Assembly (NCBI GenBank): GCA_002633005.1
Contig: NMRA01000501.1
Span: forward strand, 62,001 to 126,000
Length of the DNA: 64,000 bases
Source: Phoronis australis
Taxonomy: Eukaryota; Animalia; Phoronida
Reading direction: 5' to 3'
A program made the position numbers and the translations under genes. The number at the start of each line of letters is the position of its first letter. Position 1 is the stretch's first letter. Below the pieces are notes generated by a model. That model searched no databases, was not told the DNA's origin, and saw only the letters and a program-made list of their open reading frames with translations. Positions 14,167 to 35,900 of the stretch are shown here, in pieces.

Positions 14167-14822
14167 AACAGTAGCAAAATAGAAAGGTATCAATAAAACA
14201 ACCAAATTTTATTTGATGTAAATACTCGAGATGAAATCTCAAAAACTTTGTTATGTAACAGTACGGATATTCAAGTTGTTTTGTTTTTCTGATGTTCAAC
14301 TTTTCACTTTTTGATAAAATCATTTAAGTACCATTTCCGACAGCCCCTCACCCAGAGTGGATCAATTTTTGCTAGTATCGTAAACACTTTCGCCAGTAAC
14401 GAAAACTGGTTACAAGTGTCGTTTTGCAGCTGCTTTGCTAGCAGTTTGAGTAAGTCTAAATGAGCTGAGATTTTCAATAGCACTTTTGCAGCAAGATCAC
14501 TTAAAATTCATTTATTGAAAGCACTTTCGCATCAATTTCAGTTACAAAGCACTATCTTCTGATTCAAATAATCCCTTTGTGGACAGCACATCTGTCTAGT
14601 CAAAATGTCAGTGCTTTCACCACTGAAAAACTGCTAGTACTTTTGTCTTTCGAACTTATTAGGCTCACCTGAGTGGCAGGCAGGCAGATGTGCTGTCCAC
14701 AACAGGGATATTTATGTCAGTAGTTCACGTTTCCCAATACCCCCACCTAAGTTTTTTAAGAAGGAATCGTGTCTCAGTGCATTCACCCTCTGCAATACAG
14801 TAACTCTTGAATGCCATGATGT

Positions 14823-14906
14823 ACATATATCTGTCCTTTGTAGAACGCAGTCAAGACTATAGATATACATATATCCGTCCTTTGAAGAATGCAGTCAAGA
14901 CTATAG
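14823..14906 (+). repeat. About 44-bp tandem duplication
   Basis: ACATATATCYGTCCTTTGWAGAAYGCAGTCAAGACTATAG x2. Confidence 0.8.
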
Positions 14907-16327
14907 AACTAGCAAAAGCATGCTTTTGGTGTATTAGTGTGTTGAAACAAAAATTATTTTTTATTCATCAAAGGTGAGATATATAAACCAACACATGTGC
15001 GGAGAAGCACAATAGTTGAAAAATTCCAAAAAATGCGCAAATGATGTTCTTGCAAGTGAACCCTAAAAGGAAGCCATTCTTGAACCTACCTGCAATAAAA
15101 TACCAATTTTATGCAGTCACCCTGACAGGCAGCGTGAAAAATTGACTGCAAAATAACAGTCATACTTCAGGGTATATCACTTCCTGAACCACTTAAAAAA
15201 CAACTGACATTTGAGAGCAATGCTATTTCAAACAAAAACTAAAAGCTCTCAGGGAGACCTCTTAATTGTTAGTAAAAGGACAACATGGTGCCTCCTGTTT
15301 GACTCTCTCAACCAAACAATTGAGATTCTGCCTTACACGTTATTTTTCTATCATTACACACTTACAAGTAAGAAACCATCAACAACGGCAAGACAAACCC
15401 ATACAAGAGTTCAACAGTTGAAGAAGACTGTTTCAGTGTGCAAAAGGATTTTTGTGTTCAAAATCTTGGAGTGTTTGTTATAGGCTACCACCACTGAGAG
15501 TGAAGAGTCATAAATAAGGTTGAAATTTAAACATCCTGTCATAGGGGTGACAGATATGTCAGCCATTCTAGACAGTTTGTAGTCATTGGTGAAGTGATAC
15601 AGGACATCTGTTCTTGGACTGGGTGTTGGTGTAGGAAACAGTGAAGGAAATATCCAATGAAGACTTCACGTCCACTTTAATAGAATCTATTTGTGATTGA
15701 AATCAATAAATAGAATTTTGAGCCATCTGTTGCAAAACTTGACAAGAGTTTGTTGCAACCAACTGCATGCCACAGGTCACCGGTATGTAGTCAAAAAACA
15801 ACATTGATCAAGAAGAATTCCCTAGAGTAGCTATGCTATGTTCTCCATAACTGAAAATCCAAATGTGCTGGAAATGTGCAAACGGCAACAAATGCCAGGA
15901 AGCACACAGCGGCCAATGTTTTTTGCAGTGTAAAAATTCACAAAGAACTTAGCTCTCTCTTACATACGTATACTATCACCTGCTTCTTTGTCCATGTACT
16001 TTTAACAGTTTAATATATATGAACAGGAGTGTAGGAAATCATTTAACCTAATAGTAAATTATTGACAAATAGACCAAAACTTTTTATAAACAAGCTGAAC
16101 CTAGAGACATCCTCTACACATCAAGACCCAAAATTGGGTTAAAGATCTACAATAAAGAGCTACAAAAACCTAAGTCTACATTTCGTGAAACCATTGGTTG
16201 ATAGCAACAACGATCACGATCACGATCAAACCTGGGGGCAATAGACATTATTAGTTCAAGAACGTTGAAACTACCAAGCCAACAGTCATTCTTGGGACTT
16301 CAGCTATGTTCCGAGACATGTACGTCA

Positions 16328-23805
<7,478 letters not shown>

Positions 23806-24110
23806 GTAAGCTTTAAAGGTCTAGATACTGTTCATGCTTATTTATTCGGCCCCTACGGCCCTTCTTTTTCTACTGTTGTAAATCGACCGGTAGGCGGTAG
23901 CTTGCCTTAGAGTTAGAGTGTGGCTTGTGCCACCGTCTAACTAGAAGAGACGGTGGCCATCTCATAGGCCCTGCATACGCCGGAAGCATTTCAGAGGATT
24001 ATGGCTCACACTGATCAAACTAGCAAAGACTCGTTCCTTAAGTACCTTTTGCGCTGAGAGAGAGAGAGAGACAACTTAGGAGGCCGTTGATGTCTTTAAT
24101 TCCTGCTTAC

Positions 24111-24785
24111 CACAGGCGTCCTCAGCTTCTGATCGTCCCCAATTCACTATATGTAATACTACACGGTATGACACTTCAGCCGTCCATATCAAACACAAAA
24201 CTCAATAAGTTTACATAAAACAGTTTTTCAACAAACCATTAGTAGGTGTTATTTCTTTTAACAACATTCACGGTGTCCTGCTCCAGCGAGATCGCAACAA
24301 ATTCGCCGTCAAAGCACAAAAATGTTCCCAAAAAGCAGACGCATCAGTCCTCCTTTGACGGTTCAAGGTCGAGGATGGTACGGAATTATCCGATGAGTTA
24401 CAGATGGACGGCAATTGCTGGTTCAACACGAAATATTACGGAATGGTGTGGAGTTATCGATGTCGTGACACTCCGTGACAAATTGCCATATCATCCTTGA
24501 CCTCGAATCCTCATAGGAGGACTGGTGTGATGGCTTTTTGGGAACATTTTTGTGCTTTGACCGCAAATGTGTTGGGATCTTGCTGGAGCAAGACACCGTG
24601 AATGGTATTAGAAGAAAGAACAATTACGAGTGGTTTGTTGAAACCCTGTTTTGTGTAAATTTATTGAGTTTTGAGTTTGATATGGATGGCTGAAGTTAAT
24701 CACCCATGAAATTTCTTGTCCCGAGTGTCATACCTTGTAATATTATGTATGTATTGGGCACGATCAGAAGCTGAGGACGCCTGTG
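24111..24785. mobile_element. Foldback MITE, 675 bp, arms about 300 bp
   Basis: Termini CACAGGCGTCCTCAGCTTCTGATCGT ... ACGATCAGAAGCTGAGGACGCCTGTG; arms remain alignable almost to the centre. Flanks ctgcttac / cttctaac may be a decayed 8-bp TSD. Confidence 0.85.
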
Positions 24786-25641
24786 CTTCTAACAAGATCA
24801 AATAGTCTCATATTATAATCAACTTTTTTCGCAGTCCTTCATTCATTTACCCAAATCGACAACTGGTCATTTTTATAGTGCTTGCACCAGGAGATATGAC
24901 ACCACATATTTGTTGAGTAAGCGGACTTACATAATTACATTGAATTCCTTTAAATCTCAGATTCAAACAACCTGCACTGCATGCATGTCTTCATGTTTAC
25001 TGCATTGCGTGTGTGCAAAGTCCTGCTTTTTTGAACGCGGGTAATTCGGCTAAATCACAATCAAGGTCCATATTCCAGAGTTGACTGTGCTCTGGTCTCA
25101 AATAATTTTTTTGATCACTTACCAAATGTAAACTGAATCTCATATGCAAAGAGTTATTTAGTTGTGCAAATTAAAAAAAGAATCATCAAAATCGGACAAT
25201 GTTTAAGAAATTTATCCATGATTTTGTCTATGAATTTCAAGCATTTTTAGCATTATGAGTGGCCATTTTAAAAATTACAATTTTCAATTGTCAACTGTAG
25301 AAAAGAAATTTATTTTATCAAATAAACAATTGCTTAGACATGACTGGGAATAACTTGAGTCACTTTCAGAATCACTTGGATGAAGTTGTGCTTAATTATT
25401 GAGAAATGGCAGGGTTCATCATAAAACAGGCACTCGTTACGAAATTTGTAAATTCTGTGTTTCTAGCCCTTACCTACTGTAAAGAAGGTCAAAACCTAAA
25501 GTTCACACTCTGTAATAAAAAGAACTGCAGAATATGTTAGCCTAAGCAACACAGCAAATTATTCAATATCTAAACAAACCAAAAGTTTGGATATTGACTG
25601 GGTTCTGCTATGTTGAAAACGGGCCAAAAAGGCTAACAAAA

Positions 25642-26515
25642 TGTAGTGTACGTACCCCCATGTGGAATTCAGTAACACAAATGGTCATTGCAAATGAAAT
25701 TCTTGCCTTTTAAATAACATGGTGCTTATTATCATCAAAGAAAAGTAAATGGCCATACAACATTATGATAACATGTGATGCAGAAACAGTAATGTAGTGT
25801 ACGTACCCCTTTTGTAGTGTTAGTACCCCCATGTTTACAAATGCCATGGAATTAAAATATTACTAGTAAGTGAGCAATATTGGTCATAGACAGTTTCCTT
25901 CCTTAAAAATGTTAGGTTAAAAGGGTGTTTATTGCAAATACATTTGTTTTGAGTGAAATATTGGCATTTGTGTAGTGTACGTACCCTTATATTTTAATTT
26001 GTGACTATTTTCAAAGTATGGCAAATATGCACATGAATGCTGTGTTTTTTATTTTTTCTCTTTGAATTGATTTAGTAAATCAACTAACTCTCAGTAGGTT
26101 CTTAGTATTTAGTTACAAAATTGACATGTCATTGAAATGTAGTGTACGTACCCCTGTGTAGTGTACGTACCCCGGTGTGAACAAATACCATGAAACAAAA
26201 ATATTACAGTAAGCAGCAATTGTCACAGACAGTTTCCTCCTTTAAAAATGCTAGGTTAAAAGGGTTTTAATTGCAAATACATTTGTTTCGAGTGAAATAT
26301 TAGCATTTGTGTAGTGTACATACCCCTAAAATATAACATGTACCTGTTTTTAAATAATGACAGACAGATATGCACATGTATGTACTATGTAGTATTTGTT
26401 CTCTTTAAATAGATTTGGTAAATGAACTAACTCTCAGTAGATTCTAAGTATCTTTTATAAATCTGACAAGTCATTGAAATGTAGTGTACGTACCCCTGTG
26501 TAGTGTACCTACCTC
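25642..26515 (+). repeat. Array of 17-bp motif TGTAGTGTACGTACCCC in ~340-bp tandem units
   Basis: Copies at about 25642, 25793, 25813, 25971, 26138, 26157, 26310, 26480, 26499; periods 345, 342 and 339 bp; intervening sequences are themselves homologous between units. Confidence 0.9.
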
Positions 26516-26780
26516 CAACCTCTGTGCTATAAAGTATTGCCCATAAGATTTTTTACATCCTGCCAGTACTGCTGTTCTCATGAACAATACTGATATTTCC
26601 AAAATGAATCCAGTCTAACAAAAAAACAATGGACATTATCAAATTTGTGGGCAAAAAATGCCACACAAGACTTGGCTGGTACTTAACATCCTAGAAGACA
26701 CGTCACGTGACAACTGATGTTGCAGAGGCAGGTTCTCTATCTCTCAAGACAACTTGCAACAAACCAANATTCCTGCTTAC

Positions 26781-27455
26781 CACAGGCGTCCTCAGCTTCT
26801 GATCGTCCCCAATTCACTATATGTAATACTACACGGTATGACACTTCAGCCGTCCATATCAAACACAAAACTCAATAAGTTTACATAAAACAGTTTTTCA
26901 ACAAACCATTAGTAGTTGTTATTTCTTTTAACAACATTCACGGTGTCCTGCTCCAGCGAGATCGCAACAAATTCGCCGTCAAAGCACAAAAATGTTTCCA
27001 AAAAGCAGACGCATCAGTCCTCCTTTGACGGTTCGAGGTCGAGGACAGTACGGAATTATCCGATGAGTTACAGATGGACTGCAATTGCTGGTTCAACACG
27101 AAATATTACGGAATGGTGTGGAGTTATCGATGTCGTGACACTCCGTGACAAATTGCCATATCGTCCTTGACCTCGAATCCTCATAGGAGGACTGGTGAGT
27201 TGGCTTTTTGGGAACATTTTTGTGCTTTGACCGCAAATGTGTTGGGATCTTGCTGGAGCAGGACACCGTGAATGGTATTAGAAGAAAGAACAATTACTAG
27301 TGGTTTGTTGAAACCCTGTTTTGTGTAAATTTATTGAGTTTTGAGTTTGATATGGATGGCTGAAGTTAATCACCCATGAAATTTCTTGTCCCGAGTGTCA
27401 TACCTTGTAATATTATGTATGTATTGGGGACGATCAGAAGCTGAGGACGCCTGTG
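26781..27455. mobile_element. Second copy of the 675-bp foldback MITE (inside the duplication)
   Basis: Same termini and same flanks as 24111-24785. Confidence 0.85.
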
Positions 27456-27704
27456 CTTCTAACAAGATCAAATAGTCTCATATTATAATCAACTTTTTTC
27501 TTCGTTCAGTTACCCAAATCGACAACTGGTCATTTTTATAGTGCTTGCACCAGGAGATATGACACCACATATTTGTTGAATAAACGGACTTACGCAATTA
27601 CATTGAATTCCTTTAAATCTCAGATTCAAACAGCCTGCACTGCATGCATGTCTTCTTGTTTACTGCACTGCGTGTGTGCAAAATCCTGCTTTTTTGAACG
27701 CGGG

Positions 27705-29203
27705 TAATTCGGCTAAATCACAATCAAGGTCCATATTTGAGAGTTGACTGTATTACGGTCTCAAATAATTTTTTTGATCACTTACCAAATCCAAACTGAA
27801 TCTCATATGCAAAGAGTTATTTGGGTCCAAATTAAAAAAGAATTGTCAAAATCGGACAATGGTTAAGAAATTTATCCATGATTTTGTCTATGAATTTCAA
27901 GCATTTTTAGCGTTATGAGTGGCCATTCTTAAAAATTACTATTTTCAATTGTCAACTGTAGAAAAGAAATTTATTTTATCAAGTAAGCAATTGCTTAGAC
28001 ATGACTAGGAATAACTTGAGTCACTTTCAGAATCACTTAGATGAAGTTGTGCTTAATCATTGAGAAATGGTTGGGTTCGTCATAAAACAGGCACTCGTTA
28101 CGAAATTTGTAAATTTTGTGTTTCTAACCCTCACCTACTGTAAAGAAGGTTAAAACCTAAAGTTCACACTTTGTAATAAAAGAACTGCAGAATATGTTAG
28201 CCTAAGCAATACAGCAAATTATTCAATATCTAAACAAACCATAAGTTTGGATATTGACTGGGTTCTGCTATGTTGAAAATGGGCCAAAAAGGCTAACAAA
28301 ATGTAGTGTACGTACCCCCATGTGGAATTCAGTAACACAAATGGTCATTGCAAATGAAATTATTGCCTTTTAAATAACAACATTGTGCTTATTATCATCA
28401 AAGAAAAATAAATGGCCATACAACATTATGTTACCATGTGATGCAGAAACAGTGGTGTAGTGTACGTACCCCCATGTTTACAAATGCCATGAAATTAAAA
28501 TATCACTTGGTAAGTGAGCAACACTAGTCATAGACAGTTTCCTTCCTTAAAAATGTTAGATTAAAAGGGTGTTTATTGCAAATACATTTGTTTTGAGTGA
28601 AATATTAGCATTTGTGTAGTGTACGTACTCCTATATTTTAATTTGTGCCTATTTTCAAAATATGGCAGATATGCACATGAATGCTATGTTTTTTATTTTT
28701 TCTCTTTGAATTGATTTAGTAAATCAACTAACTCTCGGTAGGTTTTTAGTATTTAGTTACAAAATTGACATGTCATTGAAATGTAGTGTACATACCCCTG
28801 CGTAGTGTACGTACCCCGATGTGAACAAATACCATGAAACAAAAATATTACACGGTAAGTAAGCAACACTTGTCACAGACAGTTTCCTCCTTTAAAAATG
28901 CTAGATTAAAAGGGTGTTGATTACAAATACATTTGTTTCGAGTGAAATATTAGCATTTGTGTAGTGTATGTACCCGAAATGGGTTGTGACCACACAAGTT
29001 GTAGTGTACGTACCCATTTATACAACTGTGATGCATTAGGCCATAAAATTTTATTCGGTGGTTCTTGTGCAAAAATATTTTAGATTACAAACCTGGAATG
29101 ATGGTACTTTAAAATAACCCATCTTTTACAGTTATACGACAACCTTCATTTTTCACCAAAAGTGGCCACGGAATATGGACCTTGATTGTGATTTGCCAGA
29201 ATT
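27705..29203. mobile_element. Non-autonomous TIR element of about 1.5 kb with an internal repeat array (partial copy from about 25043 to 26515)
   Basis: Left AATTCGGCTAAATCACAATCAAGGTCCATATT, right GGAATATGGACCTTGATTGTGATTTGCCAGAATT (inverted, about 32 bp); seven TGTAGTGTACGTACCCC-like motifs inside; no ORF of 60 aa or more. Confidence 0.75.
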
Positions 29204-29916
29204 AAAATTTGAAGTATAAGAGGAGGCAAACAACAAGCAAGTCTTCAGTTTTGAAAAAATTACAAATGTGAAGCAGAAGTGTTCATTAAATAGAACTGAA
29301 AATTTCTAAATTTAGTTAAATTGATTTAGTACTCATCAGGAAATCACTAAGACTTCTATAGACATGCTTTCCAAAATGTTGAGTTTTGGGGTGTCAATCA
29401 TAGCTAGGCCTACAAACATTTGTGAGTCAAGTGAGTTGTCTTCTATCGCTTGTAAAATTTTAGTCTCTAGACCGATCTCCTCTTAGGTGGCACCATTCAG
29501 AAGCCTGGAAAAATATTTTACTGAGTAAGCTTTTCCAAAAATATCACTGAATGTACGTGGTAGTGGAAAATGTTCACGAGTTGTGTTTTCTTGAGTTGTT
29601 GATTGTTTCGAAATGCAGTTTCAACATTGCGGTCATCACTGAGTAGAAAAAATAATAGACATATGACGACTGGCCTTATATCCAAAGAAGCTGTATACGA
29701 CTTTGTATGTGCTCACTAGATGTCTCCACATATGCGTATTTTTTAGTCTTACATACAAGACCTTTTGGTGGTACTGTTGTGAACACTAACTTTGGGTTTC
29801 CTTTGGAAAACATTTTTTCTGACTGAATAGGTTACCCTTCTTTAAATGGAACACTCTAACACAACTTGGTAAATTTCTAAGGTAATCTATCGCATGTTTT
29901 TTTCAGCGTAGCCACC

Positions 29917-32900
29917 ATGGCATTAATGGATGACATGTCATTCTTGATCACACATATTCGGAACTCATACATCACTAGCGATGACACGGGGGTGTGTGAG
30001 ATGGTCATTGACAATGAAAACGAGGACGAGAAGAAAACAGAGAAACGACCCAAGTCATGGCACGTGACTAGGTAATGATATCCTGTATTAGTATGCAGTG
30101 TAAACTGCGTTGCTTGTATAATCATTTGACTTGAACATGATTCATGGTTGAGAACAAGGACAAAAGATCGCTAACAAAAATGGATGAAATGGGTGTGGTC
30201 ATTGAGCGGAGCATGTGTATTTAAAAAATTAATGTAAATTTTAGGAGTGGCCGTTAAACCAAACGTATGTTACCTATTAATTATTGAGCTCTACAACTGG
30301 TTTTTAAAACCAAGTGCACTGGTATAAATTGAAGCACCCCTCCCCCCATGATGTCATACGAGCAGAAGCTCAGTACAGTAACGTACTTGGACCAATTCTC
30401 CTGTTTTTCACAGTTTGTACATGGTTCTTCAATGACACCTGTATTTAGTCTGCTCGTAACATTCTAAATATCTCATCATTTGCTTTTCATAACCGTAGTC
30501 CACATTTTAGCTGTGTAAAAACCGTACGAGCCATCTTCTGGTATGAAAAAATTACAACTTTTTCACTAGCGTTTTTACTCTTCCAAAGCAACATCAGTGC
30601 GTTCGTATCCTTTTTATTTGAAATATAAGGCCTGGAGTGAACCCCCCCCCCATGGTGATGCTGCACTAACTTCTTAAGCCTAGATCGACACCACTTCCAT
30701 GCTGTTGGCGTGCACACCAGACTTAAAATGTTTGTGATCTGTATTTCCCTGCCAGTTCAACATGTGTGTGTGTGTCTGCGTGCGTGCGTGTGCGTGTGTG
30801 CATGTGTGTCTTCTTACAGTGTTACGAGTAACCAGATGAACAATGAGAAAATATATTTCATTCATTATGTCTCAAATTTGTGAGACATTACTGTAAGGAG
30901 TACAATGAATGAGACTGATTTCATATGACTGATAGGTGGCCTAAATGAATTGTTGGTTTTTAGCGAAGGCGTTGGTTGAATTTGTCTTTTATTGTATTGC
31001 GCATTGATCGTATTTCTGAATAACGAATAATTTAGCGATTGTTGTATTTTTCCAGCAACAGCTTAGACAGTGGTGGCGATTCCATGGACAATGATCTCCC
31101 AAGCTCTCCAGACATCGTTATGGATATGGACTATGGTATGCCACTTGGGCCATGACTTAGTCTACTCATAACCACTTCCAACCATATAAAAACACCCAGT
31201 GCTTTTCGTACACAAATTGATTTTTATGTTACATAAAATGTAGGTTATTCATCAGTTTTGTGACATGGAAATAGCATTTGCAGAATTTGTTGCTACACTA
31301 GGAGCTACCCTGTGTGAGATGCTTTGTATCTTAGTACGTCAAACAAATTCTGGTTACAGCTTGGTACACCTCAGCCAAGCAGCGAGTCATAATGACATGC
31401 CCCAATGAATTGAGCTGGTAAATACTTGCTAGAGAGTAGTAATTATTTCCACCAGATTAGGTTGATTGCCTTGGAAACGCAAAGGTATGGTAATGTGCAG
31501 TCCACAGGCCCAGGTGAGTGGGTGTAATTTCTAAACGCAATTAACTTGTAAGTCATGTTTCATCCACTCTCATTCACACACAGCACACATACATTAATGT
31601 GAATAAACTCGATAATTGCAATGTGAAACAAAAATATCTTAAGGAATGCAGAAGCGGAGGGTCTTCTAGAACGATTGTTGTAAGCAATGTTTTGTATTAA
31701 ATACTATTTAATGATTTAAGAAGGTTTTGAAATTGTTAAAAAATAATGTGAATATTCTGATCCTTGGAACAAGCACAACTGTCCAACGAGTGAGTAGTAT
31801 CACATCTAATTAACCATGGACTGGCATTTTTAGATCATGGGTAAACTTGTGATTACGTGGTACTTTTCTTTGCTGTGTTTGCGCTTCAGACCAAAACTGT
31901 TTTGTTAGGTGACCTTCCAAAATAAAGAGCTCAGTGCAATTATTTTCTCTGACAAGAGACAGGTCAAAACTACCTCTAAAAATTTACTGGTTGTTTTTTG
32001 ACCATCAGCGTCAACCCCTGAAGTAGTTTTAATGAACGTACTTCTCAAAAGTTTATCTTCTCCGAAGTCGTTCAGTTGTTCCCAGTTGGCTATAGGCCAA
32101 GGTGTTATTTCTTCAGGTAACCACAGGCGGCGCTCCAACACAGCTCAGAGACTTGAGAGGTTAAAGAAAGAAAAACAGAGCAAGAGCAAAATTAAGCATA
32201 TCCCTTGGAAAAACTCAGACAGACCAGGTAATTATACCGGGGGTACAATCACAGTTTTCCAAGGAAAAATGCCACTGCAGGCCAAAGGTATTGTCATGCT
32301 GATGGTGTTTTTTGTTTTTTTTTTTTGTCTCCCCACATCCTTCCCAAATCTGCCTCGAATTACTTAGTCACGCAACGTATCTACACTAACCGCCTCGGAC
32401 AACTGAATTTTCCTTATCTTGGCATGATCCAAGCTTCAACCCCAACGGACTATTCCTTGTGACTTTTCTCACCAATTTTGGATGTTGTAAAATAGGGTGG
32501 ACAAGTGAAATTTTAGTTCATGATTTTAATAAAGACATATAAGTAACTCCATAATAACGTTATTTTATTTTTATGTTCATCCCATAGCTACCGTCCTAAA
32601 GTATTTTCTAAAATTGATGGCATTCACAACGGTTTTAGTAGCCGGCAATTTTTTGTTTGAAATTGGTGAAATTTAACAATACTTTTGTGTGAAATAGTTT
32701 GATGTTTTTCTGATCGAGAGTTATGAGCAGGAAGGTGGCCACAAGAATGGCAGCTTTGTTTCTAAACGTCTGTTTTTTTACATCATATGTTAGACGGAGA
32801 TGGTTACAAATAAGAATTGTACACAAAATCTTAGCAACTGATTCTTCGTAATGCGAATTGGTAGTCTCCAACTGACCTAAGGGCTGTTCCAGCAAAATCT

Positions 32901-35900
32901 GTATGGGAGGGGGGGGAAGGCACTTTTATTTTGTACCCACCGCCCATGTTTTTCATTTATTTCTCCAACCCATGACCCATAATTTTTTAATTATTTTTAA
33001 TAGGTTAAAATAAAAATCCAACACTTGCAAACAAATTGCCTCCAGGAGGACCTGTTAAGAACTTAGATGATTGACAGACAAGAACTAGTTGTCTTGTCCA
33101 ATATTGTCAAAAACTAAAGTAGCTTGTGAGCAATACTTTTGGCAGCCACCAGGTGTCTCTGTTAACCATGTGTCTATAATTTCAATGAACATTTTTTCAA
33201 TTATAAGGATCTATGAATCTCAAACTGTCTCCACGAACTCTTTTATACTTCTATGTCAAGTGAATATTGGAACTTGTTTATCTTACTCCTCATACTTTTT
33301 ATTTAAAAATCATCAATTTTCTTATATGTGTTAACACCAGTTCAGTGTTGCATAACTTTTCAATTCAATAGAACTGCAGACAAACAGTTGGCTCAAATCG
33401 AGTTGCCCATTACTTGATTAATGGCTTAGTGAACATATTGCACTCTGTTCACTGGCAACATGGGCTTTTTTGTATTTGGATAAGTTAGGTCAATTGCATT
33501 TATTTTTGAGCTTTTACGGCTGAAGTAACCAACCTATCCACATTAACAGGTCAAAAAATACCACCCATTTTTAATGCATCACTTCTTACAGGAACGACCA
33601 CCCATAATTTGAGTTTTTTTCTGAAGACCACCACCCACGAATTTTTATTTGTACTGCCGTCCCCCCCCCCCCTCCCACACGGATTTTACTGGAACAGCCC
33701 TAATATGTTTTTTTGTAAGAATGATCCTAAAAGTTCAGAACATCTATTTTGACACTGTACTTTTAAAAAGTCTGTTTGGAGAGGATAGCTGAATTCTATA
33801 TGTATAATGCATAAATATGGACATATTTGTTGATATTCAAACAGTTATATCTGGCAAAACTGGAAAAGCTAATGAGCTGTTATATCTCAACTTTCTTTGA
33901 TAGATAAATTTTTTAAAACACACATTGTACAAGGTTAAATGCCAAACCTCCTTCCATAATAATTTTTCAAAAAGTATTAGAAGATCTTTTCACATTTGAA
34001 ATATACAGTAATTGTAAAAATGGATGTGAAGACTTATTTCTGAAAAGAAGGTCATTTTTTACCCTGCTAACATTGTGAAATATAGATGGGAAAGATATTT
34101 TGGTTTTGTTGAATAATTTATTATTATTGTGATTTTGATGAAAGGATGTGTGTGTGTGCGTGCGTTCTTGTGCACATGCATGCGCGTGCGTGTGTGGTTG
34201 GGGAACTGTCTTTGAATGTGTCTATTATCTTTTCAAAAGTGTTTAAAAGCAGAAAAAGAAGTCCGTGATTTTAAAAAAATGTGCTGTTGCTAGCCAAAGA
34301 AAAAACAGACTTCTTACTCAATACGGTCATCTTAAACATGCTCTGTAAAAGGATGTAAATGTGACATGCCATAAACAAGGAAGGCTATTTAGTCTTCACT
34401 GCATCCATACACTTTTATATTTTCAAGCATCTGAACTTGGTCAGTTCTTTGAGAAGAAAGAAGTGTTAACAGACAAGGCTAAGGCTTCATCTCTGTTGTC
34501 ATGGAAACTGAAGCAGTACATCAGTCAGCCGTTGAATCCCTTTAGCGATTATGCTAAGTTTGATGGAAAGGTACGTGTCGTCGTGTGAGTAAACCGGCTT
34601 TTTTGTCTGTGCCTTTCCTGACTGTTCTCTACTTTAGCGCCGTCTAGGGGCAGGTCAATCCAGTGAAGTGATAATATCCTGTAGGTTCTCATTGGTGAAC
34701 AACAAGATTACGGAGTCATAACATTGGGGCATTCTGATTGGTTGGAAGTTGGGAGATAACTTTTTGGCAATTGTTTTTGTGATGTGTCTCTTCTCATTTG
34801 TCTCAGACCAATTAGCTATTATCGGACTGGTCAGAATTATGAAATCCAGGTGTGCATTGTGAGGCTCACTGTTCCCAGTTAGTTCTTTTTCAGATGCATT
34901 TTACTTAAATGTTGCATGTGCTTTGTTGGATCTTGTGTATAAATTTATTTTTGGTAGTAAATGTTTAAATTAAATTGACGTGTTGTGAACCACCTTCTTT
35001 CTTGTTCCCTTCTCTGTGAACAAATATACCGCTACACCATCTGCAAGCCTGGTATTTGAGAATTTTTTACAATTTCACAAGGTTAAGAAAAAATAATCGC
35101 AGACATGCGTAGGCTTCTCAGGTGGGCCCAATGCACTTGTCACCTGAAACCATTTTAGAGCTGAGGGCGAGAAACCCGACTCATGGGTATAGCCGTTTGT
35201 ACCAATGGGACTCAAACCCACGACCTTCTGTAAAGGAAGTAGACACTTATCCTACTAAGCCATTCAGCCTCCTCATCTCAAAACTAGTATTTGTTTAAGA
35301 GAAGTCGGTGAATCTGTGTTATGACCCCGCTTCTAAGGTGCTCGTCTCTGTCTTCAATTTCAGATGCAAAGTGGCATACCTATAAAACACATCGGTATAT
35401 TTCTAACGATGACCTCTCCCGCAGAGAGGTCGTATCCAATGACGATAACTGTCGTGTCGTCTGCCAAAATTCGTGATGTTGTTGGTCTGATATGCTGGCA
35501 ATATTCAGTGGAAGGGAGACAACCAAAGCTTTGGTGAGGCAGTAATTAAATAATTTGGTATAAAGTGCGTGTATGGCTACAAGACAAACATGTGGAGTAG
35601 TCACTGAGTAGTATAATAAATAATTTCAGGCAGTCTGGTACACGTTGTACCAGACGTGCGCAGGCCACGCATGTGGGCCCATTGCACTGATCATCTGGAA
35701 ATATTTTTATGCTTTATTAATGTATTGTTAAAACCGAGCTGAGGAGCTAGAAACCTGACTCAAGGGTCTAGCAGTGTGACCCAGTGGGACTCAAACCCAC
35801 GACCTTGAGTATAGAAGGCGGGCACCATCATGCTAGGCCACATTGCCTCCTCTAACACTGAGTAGTAGATAGCAACTTAGATATGTTTTTTCAAGATAAA

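Larger units (their letters stand above)
24100..28975. repeat. Direct duplication of about 2.2 kb (24100-~26326 vs 26769-~28975) meeting at N 26768
   Basis: Colinear near-identical sequence at initial offset 2670 with scattered substitutions and small indels; the second copy starts immediately after the N. Confidence 0.93.

Noticed and set aside
24246-27293. Four similar ORFs (MLFLLTTF..., MFFLLIPF...) as a small gene family
   Set aside because: They result from the MITE palindrome and its duplication and have non-ATG starts.
25642-29015. CRISPR-like array of 17-bp repeats
   Set aside because: Spacing is irregular (about 3 to 165 bp), the spacers are homologous to each other, there are no cas genes, and the context is a eukaryotic intron inside TIRs.
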